Shown in pieces: positions 9,198-17,237 of a stretch of 47,500 bases of DNA. The notes below the pieces were generated by a model. It saw only the letters and a program-made list of their open reading frames with translations. It was not told the DNA's origin and did no database searches. The stretch's first letter is position 1. The number at the start of each line of letters is the position of its first letter. Source of the stretch: a virus (taxonomy: Duplodnaviria; Caudoviricetes); the IMG/VR virus record IMGVR_UViG_3300037264_002141, positions 1-47,500 of that record; one strand, 5' to 3'. A program made the position numbers and the translations under genes.

Positions 9198-9781
9198 TCC
9201 TCCACCGCCTGGCCGTGGCGGGTGAGGTCCGCCCGGATCGCGTCCGCCAGGGCGTCGATGCTCTCGCCCGGGCCGCGGAGTTTGCCGGTCTGTTCGAGGA
9301 TCGTTCGCAGCGCCGCGTGCGGGCTCTCCACGCTCACCTTGAGCCCATACGGGCCGTCCTGCACAGACCGCACGACGCCGACGATGCTATCCGGCCAGTC
9401 GGCCACGTTGAGCAGCGCCCCCTGCTCGTCGTAGAGATCCCGCACGTCGAAGGCTGCGATCTGAGCGATGCGTGCGAGGGCCTGCTCGCCGTCCATCTGC
9501 CTACTCTTCCAGATCGGCTCGAGGCGCTTCGCGAGCCACTGCCGCACCTTGGGAATATTCAGACTCTTCGAGGCGGCCACGTCTGCGGTCCGCAGACTCG
9601 CCTTCGGATGCGCCTCGAGGTAAGCACGCCGGCCGTTGAAACCGTTGCGGAGGTAACTCGTCGCGAAGACCCGCTGGGCCGCAGTCAATACGGTCGGCGA
9701 CGTTCCGGACCGCCGGCGCGTTTTCGGTGTCGGCGCGCTCAGCTCTCCCGGATCCGCACGATGGGACTTCCGTCTGGACAT
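9194..9781 (-). CDS. terS: Terminase small subunit
   Basis: LTAAQRVFATSYL.NGFNGRRAY..A..AASKSL..PKVRQ HTH, then IAAFDVRDLYDEQGALL...WP; upstream of terL. Confidence 0.85.
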   Translation of the reverse strand: MSRRKSHRADPGELSAPTPKTRRRSGTSPTVLTAAQRVFATSYLRNGFNGRRAYLEAHPKASLRTADVAASKSLNIPKVRQWLAKRLEPIWKSRQMDGEQALARIAQIAAFDVRDLYDEQGALLNVADWPDSIVGVVRSVQDGPYGLKVSVESPHAALRTILEQTGKLRGPGESIDALADAIRADLTRHGQAVEE

Positions 9782-9972
9782 AACCCGACCTGTTCTAGTG
9801 GCGCCTCAAAGACGGCGCACCGATGTTCTCGCCCGAGGGCGGTCTCGAGGCGGCCACCTGGCCCGCCATAGAGTCCGGGGTAACCACAAAAGGCACAGGT
9901 CTCCGGGCCGACCGCGGGCCGGTCGTGATAGGGGTCCTGCCCATAACACTCATCGTCAGGAAGCTGGCACAT
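9739..9972 (-). CDS. Small Cys/His-rich hypothetical protein
   Basis: CAFCG...HRC; GAGGA RBS before ATG 9972. Confidence 0.5.
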   Translation of the reverse strand: MCQLPDDECYGQDPYHDRPAVGPETCAFCGYPGLYGGPGGRLETALGREHRCAVFEAPLEQVGLCPDGSPIVRIRES

Positions 9973-10034
9973 CGCGACGCGTCCTCACGTGAAGAGGCCC
10001 TTGATCGCCCGCCAGATCCACCGGAAGAATCGGA

Positions 10035-10442
10035 TCAGCGGATGACCGGCCGGCCCTGTTGGAGGGGAACCAACTGAAAAGGGGCGCTCGCCTCCGACCA
10101 GGGTGAGACGAAGACCCCAGCCTTCGCCAGGACTTTATACACGAAGCACCCGATGGCCGGCCTCGAGTGCAGGAGCTGCTCGACGTCCCCGTCCGGCCGG
10201 AGCCCTGGCTTCCCGAGATCCTCCCGCTGGAGGGGCTCGGCCGGGATCGTCGTGGCGTCACACGTCCCGTCCCCCCGCACCGCGATCGCGAAGTAACCAC
10301 CCTCGAAGGACGTCACGATCTCGTAGTCCATCGGCGTGAACCGCACGCCTGTCGGATTCTTGACCAGCTCCTGTGCGCTAGCGACGGACCCGATGATGAG
10401 TCCGATCGCCAGCGCCAGAAGCATCCGCAGCAGTGTTCGCAT
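10035..10442 (-). CDS. Secreted beta-sandwich (FN3-like) protein; candidate -1 frameshift isoform ends at 9985
   Basis: Sec signal MRTLLRMLLALAIGLIIGSVASA, two Cys, YKVLAKAG...SPWSEAS FN3-like end; in-frame C CCT TTT at 10083-10077. Confidence 0.75.
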   Translation of the reverse strand: MRTLLRMLLALAIGLIIGSVASAQELVKNPTGVRFTPMDYEIVTSFEGGYFAIAVRGDGTCDATTIPAEPLQREDLGKPGLRPDGDVEQLLHSRPAIGCFVYKVLAKAGVFVSPWSEASAPFQLVPLQQGRPVIR

Positions 10443-10451
10443 GACGCCCCC

Positions 10452-10721
10452 CTACCAGGTTGTGGTGACCGCGACGTCGGCACTGACGCCGCCCGCCGCA
10501 TACCCGATCGAGCCCATCACATACCAGCGTTTGTAGAGCCGCTGGACGAGCAGGAGATCCGCTTGTGGCTTGCCCTGCGCGTTGTAGGACCCGGCCAGGA
10601 TGAGCGCGCCCCGCTGCCCTTCGGGGATCGCATACGCCGCTTGCCGGAGGCGTTCCCAGGTCTCGCCGGTCAAGGAGACCGGCTTGAGCTGAGTCGGCAT
10701 GATGACGGGCGGGTCAGCCAT
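10452..10721 (-). CDS. Small protein with amphipathic beta-strands and terminal Trp
   Basis: ADLLLVQRL..RWYVMGSIGY..GGVSADVAVTTTW; lies between the holin and the secreted protein. Confidence 0.6.
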   Translation of the reverse strand: MADPPVIMPTQLKPVSLTGETWERLRQAAYAIPEGQRGALILAGSYNAQGKPQADLLLVQRLYKRWYVMGSIGYAAGGVSADVAVTTTW

Positions 10722-10722
10722 C

Positions 10723-11079
10723 TCAGGCTCCCGGCCGCCGAAGCAACACCGCCGCCGGGGTCTTCGTCGCCTCCGGCGTCTGCACGGCGACGCGGTAGAT
10801 CACCTTCTGGCTCACGATCTGCACGATGTAATGCCAGAGCGCCGTGGCGATGCCGGTCAGCGTCAGGCCCGTGACGAGCAGGGTCCCCTCGCTCGGCGTC
10901 CACACGTAGCCGATGCCGGCAACGGCCAGGGCGCCGAACACCAGCGAGAATAGCCACTTCACGCGCTTGGTGCTCTCGTCCGTGAGCCAGATAAACCAGC
11001 TCTGCTTTTTCAGCCACTCGAGCAGGAAGACCACGACCGCCGCGCTGCCGAGTTGATCGACGAGTAGATTCGGATCCAT
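10723..11079 (-). CDS. Putative holin (about 3 TM segments)
   Basis: Hydrophobic segments AAVVVFLLEWL, WLFSLVFGALAVAGIGYVW and LLVTGLTLTGIATALWHYIV; GGAGGAG RBS before ATG 11079. Confidence 0.7.
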   Translation of the reverse strand: MDPNLLVDQLGSAAVVVFLLEWLKKQSWFIWLTDESTKRVKWLFSLVFGALAVAGIGYVWTPSEGTLLVTGLTLTGIATALWHYIVQIVSQKVIYRVAVQTPEATKTPAAVLLRRPGA

Positions 11080-11122
11080 GTCTCTCCTCCGTGTTAGGTG
11101 TCGGTGTGACTGTGTGACTGCA

Positions 11123-11461
11123 TCATAGCCCATCCCAGCGCCGGCCACGATGACCAGGCCGGGACTCGTGCGAATCCTCCCGCGCTGGTTCCTGCCAGCC
11201 GGCGGCCCGCGCGTCACCGATGACGCGACGGAACGCGCGCTCATACGTCCCGGTCCCATACTTCCAGCCGTAGCGGCGCACCTTGAGGAGTTCGTCCTCC
11301 TCGAGGGTGAGCGTGCCCTCCGGGTCGGTCACGCGCCTGAGCAACAGGCGGATGAGGTCCTGCGGGCCGCCGGTCTTCTCCTCTGCCTGGCTCGCGGTCT
11401 GCAGCGCCGTAAGCGTGTCATCCCGCAAGGTGAAGGTGAACGCCGGAACGAAGAGACTCAT
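11123..11461 (-). CDS. Conserved hypothetical protein (GGxQ...RY...YGxGxYE family)
   Basis: TGGPQDLIRLL..LTLEEDELLKVRRYGWKYGTGTYERAF; ATGA-coupled to the upstream nuclease. Confidence 0.6.
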   Translation of the reverse strand: MSLFVPAFTFTLRDDTLTALQTASQAEEKTGGPQDLIRLLLRRVTDPEGTLTLEEDELLKVRRYGWKYGTGTYERAFRRVIGDARAAGWQEPAREDSHESRPGHRGRRWDGL

Positions 11462-11946
11462 ACCGCAACCTGCTCGTGCCACAGCGCGGCGAATTGCCCG
11501 TGCCCCTCGAACATGCGATGCCATGAAAGGGACCGCACCTTTCCGCCTGGATAGTGCCGACCGACGTAACCACCTCCGTCTCGAAGGTCAAAACACTGCT
11601 TGATGTGCTGGTCGGCGGTCAGTAGTTCGCTCGCCAGGAAATACGCGACGGCCCGGTGCTCCACGACCACAAAGGCGAACACATCGACCGATCCAGCCTC
11701 GAGGCGCCGAACTCCGCCCCGTGCACGACGAAGGTTGAAACGGTAGACGCCCCTCGCCCGTCGATAATCCTTCGGGCCAGCGGTCGCCTTGACCTGGACC
11801 CGCCATCGCTGCCCCTTATAGTCAGCAATGAGGTCATACGGCAACGCACCTCCCACCAGAAACGCAGGGATGCCTTGCACGATGAGGTCAGCGATCACGA
11901 GATGCTCCGCTGCTCGTCCGACTTCATGCGCCCGCGACACGTTCAC
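11458..11946 (-). CDS. PD-(D/E)XK endonuclease (PDDEXK_5/homing-type)
   Basis: GRAAEHLVIADL..G....PYDLIAD....RVQVKAT; GGGAGG RBS before GTG 11946. Confidence 0.8.
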   Translation of the reverse strand: MNVSRAHEVGRAAEHLVIADLIVQGIPAFLVGGALPYDLIADYKGQRWRVQVKATAGPKDYRRARGVYRFNLRRARGGVRRLEAGSVDVFAFVVVEHRAVAYFLASELLTADQHIKQCFDLRDGGGYVGRHYPGGKVRSLSWHRMFEGHGQFAALWHEQVAV

Positions 11947-12934
11947 GGCGTTCCTCCCTTGTCGCGTCCTCGACCCATCGCTGTGGGTCGGTTCCGAGCA
12001 TCGTCCAGCCTTCCCACGGGCCATGGTAGCCAATGGCGAGCTTCGGCGCGTGTGGATAGAGACGCTCGATCATCCGACGAAACTCGTCGGGCTTCTCCGC
12101 GTCGAACTGACTGCGCCGAATGACCTGAACAGAATCACAGACGGCGTTCGGCACTTCTGGGGGACATTGGCCACGTGTCGCCACCAACAGATGCACGTGT
12201 CGAATGTTCGCGAAGACGCCACCGCAACCAAGCACCCCATCCCAGACTAACCCTGTCATGTAGCCGTAACTCCACGCGGCGAGAACGGACGAAGCCTCTA
12301 TGAGTTTCGACGGAGGCACCCAGAGAAAGAGCACGGATCCTCTCTCGACGTGCGCGGCGATCGGCCACTTGGCGATCTCGGCCGGATCGGTCGCTTCCCA
12401 ATCCGGATCCGCATACACGACCCGATACAGCCCCTCGAGGACGGCCTGGCCTTCGATGATGCGCCGGCGCCGCGAGGCGCGCAGCTCGAGCCGCAGCTCC
12501 CGGACGTTCCAACCGTGCTCGGCGGCCTTGTCGAGCCAGCGTGTCTGTTCCGCGGCTGACAGGGCCGCCACGGCTTCATGAATCCCGAACTCGAGATCGC
12601 CGCGGCGGCGGTCCTGCTCGATCGCCGCGACCGCCCGCACGTTCTTGAGCGTCTTCTCCGCCAGGCCCGTGTCGTTGATCGCTTGGTCGATCCGGTCTTG
12701 CCAGTCCGTCCGGCTGTCGCCGTAGCGCAACCAATCGCCGAGCCAGAACCCGGAGGCGTGGTGTGCCCGTTGAATGAAGTCCCCGACGCCGACGTGCTGC
12801 TCATAAGAAGGCCGGCCCCGAACGACAAGGCTGGTCTCCATGAGCGTGTAAGCGCCGATGACGATGGGCTGGATCGCCGGCACGTGCACGGCGCGCCGCA
12901 TCCGTCCCGACTGTCGGGATATGAGGCTTGGCAT
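11924..12934 (-). CDS. LmbU-like DNA-binding domain fused to a degenerate MT-A70 methyltransferase domain
   Basis: N-half SGFWLGDWLRYG...HEAVAAL..EQTRWLDKA...WNVRELR; C-half YRVVYADPDW, VLFLWVP, HLLVATRG, KPDEF..MIERLYP. Confidence 0.75.
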   Translation of the reverse strand: MPSLISRQSGRMRRAVHVPAIQPIVIGAYTLMETSLVVRGRPSYEQHVGVGDFIQRAHHASGFWLGDWLRYGDSRTDWQDRIDQAINDTGLAEKTLKNVRAVAAIEQDRRRGDLEFGIHEAVAALSAAEQTRWLDKAAEHGWNVRELRLELRASRRRRIIEGQAVLEGLYRVVYADPDWEATDPAEIAKWPIAAHVERGSVLFLWVPPSKLIEASSVLAAWSYGYMTGLVWDGVLGCGGVFANIRHVHLLVATRGQCPPEVPNAVCDSVQVIRRSQFDAEKPDEFRRMIERLYPHAPKLAIGYHGPWEGWTMLGTDPQRWVEDATREERRERVAGA

Positions 12935-13377
12935 CAGCTCTCCGTGTCGACCCCTTCAACCGCCTCAGCCCGCTCCGTCGCAAACTCCTGGCCGGCGGTC
13001 CCGCCCTCGTCGACCTCCGCCGTGGCTTTCTCCCTCGAGGTCCGGACCCGGAGCTTCTCTTCGCCAGGGACGCGCGCCATCTCGACGCCGGCGTGCTGGT
13101 AGGTGTGCAGGCCGCGGGCGCGCATGCGGCTCAGGGCCGCCTGCAGATCGCCCGACTCCTCCTCACGGAGCTTTGCCATCGCGTCCCGGCCTTCGCCGAT
13201 CGTCTGACAGAGATCGTCGAGCCGGCTGTCCCGGACGTGTTCCATCCCGGGAAGGGTCTGGTCGCGCGGTCCTTTCGGCGGCCTGCGCGTGGAGGATGGG
13301 GAGCGGCGCGTCGGCTGTTTGTCGGCCGGGCGGCGCTTGGCCTTGGCCTTGATCGGTGCGGCCTTTCGCTTCGCCAT
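12934..13377 (-). CDS. Hypothetical protein with basic N-terminus and acidic C-terminus
   Basis: AGGAG RBS before MAKRKAAP (ATG 13377); TGATG overlap with the next gene. Confidence 0.65.
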   Translation of the reverse strand: MAKRKAAPIKAKAKRRPADKQPTRRSPSSTRRPPKGPRDQTLPGMEHVRDSRLDDLCQTIGEGRDAMAKLREEESGDLQAALSRMRARGLHTYQHAGVEMARVPGEEKLRVRTSREKATAEVDEGGTAGQEFATERAEAVEGVDTES

Positions 13378-13849
13378 TGGTCTGACTCCTTGGGGCCAGG
13401 AGGCCCCGGTGAAGCCGGCGCCCATACTCCGCCAGGAGCAGCGCGTCGGCGAGTGCGTGAGTGACGCGGAGATCGGGAAAGAGCATTTGCGCGCGGCGCT
13501 TCGAGATGTTCTTGTCGCCGTGTGTGCGACACTGCATCGCGTTCTGCCACTTGATCGGACTGACCGTGTCGAAGGGGATGCTGGCGGCCGTGAGCGCCAT
13601 CTCGAGGTGCCCAAAGTTCCGCATGTAGGTCGCGACGCTCACGACGCCCTGGCCCGGGAACGGCTGGGCCTGCTCGAGCATCGCGCGGACCCCGCCGGCG
13701 CGCGTGGTCTGATCGTGCCAGGAGGCCAAGACGTAGAGGAGATCCTTCTCAGTCGGCGGCATCGGAGAGACCCACATCAGGGCGCCGCCCTCGTCAAGAC
13801 ACGCGAGCCCGCCGCTCCCTCCCGGGTCGACGCCAATATAGAAGTCCAT
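13163..13849 (-). CDS. RuvC-like Holliday junction resolvase
   Basis: YIGVDPGGSGGLA, MLEQ, P.KWQ, ADALLLAEYG. The last ~70 codons overlap the next gene. Confidence 0.85.
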   Translation of the reverse strand: MDFYIGVDPGGSGGLACLDEGGALMWVSPMPPTEKDLLYVLASWHDQTTRAGGVRAMLEQAQPFPGQGVVSVATYMRNFGHLEMALTAASIPFDTVSPIKWQNAMQCRTHGDKNISKRRAQMLFPDLRVTHALADALLLAEYGRRLHRGLLAPRSQTNGEAKGRTDQGQGQAPPGRQTADAPLPILHAQAAERTARPDPSRDGTRPGQPARRSLSDDRRRPGRDGKAP

Positions 13850-13857
13850 GCTCCGAA

Positions 13858-13902
13858 ACCTTGCCTCGCCCCGCCCCGCCTGGCCCAGCCACGCCTAACC
13901 TT
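13858..13902 (-). repeat. Nine tandem NNGG(C/T) pentamers in the leader of the resolvase gene
   Basis: Minus strand aaggt taggc gtggc tgggc caggc ggggc ggggc gaggc aaggt. Confidence 0.85.
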
Positions 13903-13910
13903 GGGGCTCT

Positions 13911-13939
13911 ATTGTTGCGAACAACACCGTATAAGTCAA
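13911..13939 (-). promoter_or_regulatory. sigma70-like promoter with overlapping operator variant
   Basis: TTGACT-17-AACAAT; operator TTGTTGCGAACAA at 13912-13924. Confidence 0.7.
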
Positions 13940-14451
13940 CTGTTCTCTTTCGGCGGCTGTCGCGTCGCTTTCGCCACGTCACAGGCGATCCGCGTCGCGT
14001 GCCGAACCCGCGTGTCACACTGCGGCTTGTGGTGGCAGCCCTTCCACCAGTCTGGGTCAGGGACCTCGACCGGCCGCTCCGCCGCGTAGCGGTTCACGTT
14101 CGCGGCGAACAACACGAAGGGATGCCGGGTCTGCACATAGAAGGGATCGCTGTCCTTCAGGAACGCCACGATGCGGGCCTCGAGGTCTTCGGGCGCCAGG
14201 ATCCGGAGCAGCCGCTTGAGCTTCGCCGAGTCCCGCGCCCCCGCCCAGATATACCTACTGTGATACCGCTGCTCCCAGACGTCGAGGTAGTGATCAGAGA
14301 CCTGGCGCATGATCTTGCCGATCGTCGTCTCGCCGGCAATGATCTTCGTCAGCTCTTCGATCAGCTCGCCGATCTTCACGTGCTGGTCCGCCAGGGCCTC
14401 GAGGAGCCCGCCCGCCCGCTCGAGCCGCTTCTGTTCGTCGGTCCCTGCCAT
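13936..14451 (-). CDS. Hypothetical protein, possibly replication-associated
   Basis: Coiled-coil N-terminus, YLDVWEQRY...FLKDSDPFY..RHPF..F, C-terminal CxH..C...H...C; alternative TTG start at 14511. Confidence 0.6.
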   Translation of the reverse strand: MAGTDEQKRLERAGGLLEALADQHVKIGELIEELTKIIAGETTIGKIMRQVSDHYLDVWEQRYHSRYIWAGARDSAKLKRLLRILAPEDLEARIVAFLKDSDPFYVQTRHPFVLFAANVNRYAAERPVEVPDPDWWKGCHHKPQCDTRVRHATRIACDVAKATRQPPKENS

Positions 14452-14934
14452 CTTCCCCTTCCTCTCTTCCGTCCTCTCTTCCCTGACTGCCTGAGAGCCC
14501 CGAGCAGGCAAAGGCTCCCCTTATGGGAAGCTCAGCCTGCTCGAGAAGTGCGAACGGTCTGCCCGGTCGCCCGTCGATAGGCACCCGAGGCCGCGACAAC
14601 GACCTCGAGCAGGGACCAGACTCTCGTCGGCGTTGCGCGCCGTCCCCAGCGGCCTCTAGTCCTCGAGCCCCAGCCTGCGCGCTTCGCTGCGCCCGGTAGC
14701 GCGCCGTGCTCGAGGCCGCCCCGGTGGCGAGCGTGCTCCCGGCGGCCTCGAATCACTAGACAGTGGTGGAACAGGGGGATGGCTGTAGAATAGATCCAGC
14801 CGTCGACTGTGCCCTCCCACGGTCGCACACGGTGAGCGACTGGCGCGGAGTGATGACCGCGCCAGCCGCCAACTCTACACCCGCCCGCTTCGACAACACA
14901 AGCACACTAGCCCTTGGGGGCGAAGGAGCGGCGA

Positions 14935-16767
14935 TCATACGCGGCCCCTCCGGGCCTGCGCCAGGTCGATGAGATCGGACGCCTGCCCCATCGTGCATTT
15001 AGGCGGAATGAGCGGCACGCGGAGGCGCATGAGTAGCGCGAGCTGTTTGTCGCTCGCCGGCCTCGAGCGCCAGGACGCCTCTCGATCCTTCAGCTTCATG
15101 ACGGCCCGCCGGTCCTGTAGGAGAAACCGCTCGGCGATCTCGCCCGCGACACTCTCGAAGAGGATGGCTGTCGCGAGCGTGCGCTGGCGTTTCGGCGCGT
15201 GGTCGCGCGGCGTCAGGGTGATGACCACTTCCCACTTGCCGAGCAGATCCTTACTGACCTGTAGGACCTCCGTCCCGTCCGCCCACGGATACCGCAGCCG
15301 ATACGTCTCGGCGTCGACCTTGATCCAATTCATGACCCGCCCGACGCCGAAGGATCCCAGCTCCGGGATCGTCCAAATGTCGAAGGTCGACGCTGCGGCC
15401 TGCAGAGCGGCGAGCGTGAGATGACGGCCGTCAGGTGCCTGGCCGATGTCGAAGCCGGGTTGTTTGTTGATCAACTCATCGAGGCCGTCGCTGAGTTGCT
15501 CGAGCGTCTGACCTTTCGCGAGGAGCGCCGGCGGCAGACCGTAGAGCACCGGCGCCGTCTGCAGGGAGTGCTTTCGCGCGACGTCGACGAGATCGATCAC
15601 GACGCACTCAGCTTTGCCAGGGAAGAGCCGGAGACCCCGGCCCGTCATTTGCTCGTAGAGCGTGGCGCTTTTTGTCGGCTTCGCGTGCAGGATACAGGCT
15701 GCCCGCGGGAGATCGGTCCCTTCCGTGAGCACCATGCAATTACAGAGCACGTCGAGATGCCCCGCTTGAAAGTCCGCGAGATGGGACCGCCGCTCATCCT
15801 TCGGCGTGTCTCCGCTGACGGCCGCGGCGTTGATCCCGTAGCGGTTGAACTTCGCGGCGAGGGCGTGCGCGTGCGCGACGTCGACAGTGAACGCCAGCGT
15901 GGCGAGGCCCCGCGCGTGCTCGAGCCAAGAGGCGACGGCCAGCTCGTTGCGCCGCTCGTTGTTGACCGTGTCGGCGAGTTCTCGCTGGTTGAAGTCGCCC
16001 CGGGCCAGGTGGACCTCGTCGAGGGACGTCGACGTCTCGATCGACCACGGCGTGATCGGCACGAGCCAGCCGTCCGCGATCGCGTCCTTCAGGGCGTAAC
16101 TGTAGGCGATCGACTGGAACACACAACCCAGGCCGATCGCGTCGCTACGGTTCGGCGTCGCCGTCATCCCCACGAGCAGCCGATCCTTCGGCGCGACGGC
16201 ATCCCACCCCGAGAGGGACGCTTCCATGTCCGCGACGTCGTCGAAGTTCGCCGCTTCGATGTCCTTCTCCGCGGCGCCGAGCCCGTTGTAGTTCGGCAAA
16301 AATCCGAGATGCACGAGCGCCGTTCGGTAGGTCCGCGCCGCGGCATGGTGGGCCTCGTCGACCACGACAATCCGAAACGTCACGCGCGAGATGAGCCGCT
16401 CGAGGCGTCGGAACTTGCAGGCGCTCAGCGTTTGGATACTCGCGATGATCACGTCCGCGTGGACGCTCGCACGACGCTCGCCCTGCTCGACCATAACGAT
16501 GAGATGCGGGTTTGCCGCGTGGATCTTCGCCGCGGCTTGATCGAGCAGCTCCTCCCGGTGGGCGACGATCAACATCTTCCGGTCGGTCGCGCGGAATTGC
16601 TCGAGCCAGCGGACAATCGGCGGATGCTTGAGCATCGCCGCGAACGTGACCGTCTTCCCCGTGCCAGTCGGGCTCTTGACCAGCAGCCGGTTACTGCCGG
16701 CCTCGAGCCCGGCGACGATCGCCTCGAGCTGCGCGACCTGATAGGGGCGAAGCGTCGGCGCGGTCAT
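14935..16767 (-). CDS. SF2 DExH helicase (Irc3/RadD-like)
   Basis: LRPYQ, PTGTGKT, AHREELLDQ, VVDEAHH, MTATPNR, LTEGTDLP, QMTGRGLR. Confidence 0.92.
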   Translation of the reverse strand: MTAPTLRPYQVAQLEAIVAGLEAGSNRLLVKSPTGTGKTVTFAAMLKHPPIVRWLEQFRATDRKMLIVAHREELLDQAAAKIHAANPHLIVMVEQGERRASVHADVIIASIQTLSACKFRRLERLISRVTFRIVVVDEAHHAAARTYRTALVHLGFLPNYNGLGAAEKDIEAANFDDVADMEASLSGWDAVAPKDRLLVGMTATPNRSDAIGLGCVFQSIAYSYALKDAIADGWLVPITPWSIETSTSLDEVHLARGDFNQRELADTVNNERRNELAVASWLEHARGLATLAFTVDVAHAHALAAKFNRYGINAAAVSGDTPKDERRSHLADFQAGHLDVLCNCMVLTEGTDLPRAACILHAKPTKSATLYEQMTGRGLRLFPGKAECVVIDLVDVARKHSLQTAPVLYGLPPALLAKGQTLEQLSDGLDELINKQPGFDIGQAPDGRHLTLAALQAAASTFDIWTIPELGSFGVGRVMNWIKVDAETYRLRYPWADGTEVLQVSKDLLGKWEVVITLTPRDHAPKRQRTLATAILFESVAGEIAERFLLQDRRAVMKLKDREASWRSRPASDKQLALLMRLRVPLIPPKCTMGQASDLIDLAQARRGRV

Positions 16768-16901
16768 CGTGCCCCCAACCAGAACGCGACAGGCGCGCCC
16801 ACCATCACGACGAGCACGCAAAACCACGGATACCAGCTCGCCGGCCCCGTCTCGCCGGACCGACAGAGCGCCCGGTCGACCGTCTGTAGCAACCTCACCA
16901 T
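16764..16901 (-). CDS. 45-aa membrane peptide (not in ORF track)
   Basis: MVRLLQTVDRALCRSGETGPASWYPWFCVLVVMVGAPVAFWLGAR; GAGGGAGG RBS; ATGA-coupled to the helicase. Confidence 0.65.
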   Translation of the reverse strand: MVRLLQTVDRALCRSGETGPASWYPWFCVLVVMVGAPVAFWLGAR

Positions 16902-16916
16902 GGCGCCTCCCTCAAT

Positions 16917-16996
16917 ACCGACCCCTGCCCTGCCCTGCCCTGCCGGGCCCCGCCCGGCCCCGCTTCGCCTCGCCCCGCCTAGCCATGCCGTGCCAC
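16917..16996 (-). repeat. Sixteen tandem NNGGC-type pentamers including a G-quadruplex motif
   Basis: Minus strand gtggc acggc atggc taggc ggggc gaggc gaagc ggggc cgggc ggggc ccggc agggc agggc agggc agggg tcggt. Confidence 0.9.
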
Positions 16997-17002
16997 TTCG
17001 TC

Positions 17003-17230
17003 TTACGGCTGCGGGCTCTTCCGTAGCGCCTCCCGGTTGAGCCAGCCGTTGAACCGTTGCCGGCCGACCTCGAAGAAATGCACGCTCTCGATCGTGTCCC
17101 GCGGATCCGACAGGAACGCGATCGCCAGTTCGCGCGCTTCGTCCATGTTGTCTGCTGTGCCGAGCGTTCGACGGACCGCGACCCGCTTCGCGGTCAGGCC
17201 CACGCCGACGAGATGGATCGCTGTCGTCAT
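17003..17230 (-). CDS. Small early hypothetical protein
   Basis: GAGGA RBS; 75 aa. Confidence 0.65.
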   Translation of the reverse strand: MTTAIHLVGVGLTAKRVAVRRTLGTADNMDEARELAIAFLSDPRDTIESVHFFEVGRQRFNGWLNREALRKSPQP

Positions 17231-17237
17231 AGTGTCC

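Noticed and set aside
11458-12934. MT-A70 plus PD-(D/E)XK as a restriction-modification pair
   Set aside because: The MTase motifs are degenerate, and the nuclease resembles free-standing homing-type enzymes.
16917-16996. Pentamer or operator repeats as a CRISPR array
   Set aside because: There is no repeat-spacer periodicity and no cas gene; the 19880-20461 nuclease lacks the Cas4 cysteine cluster.
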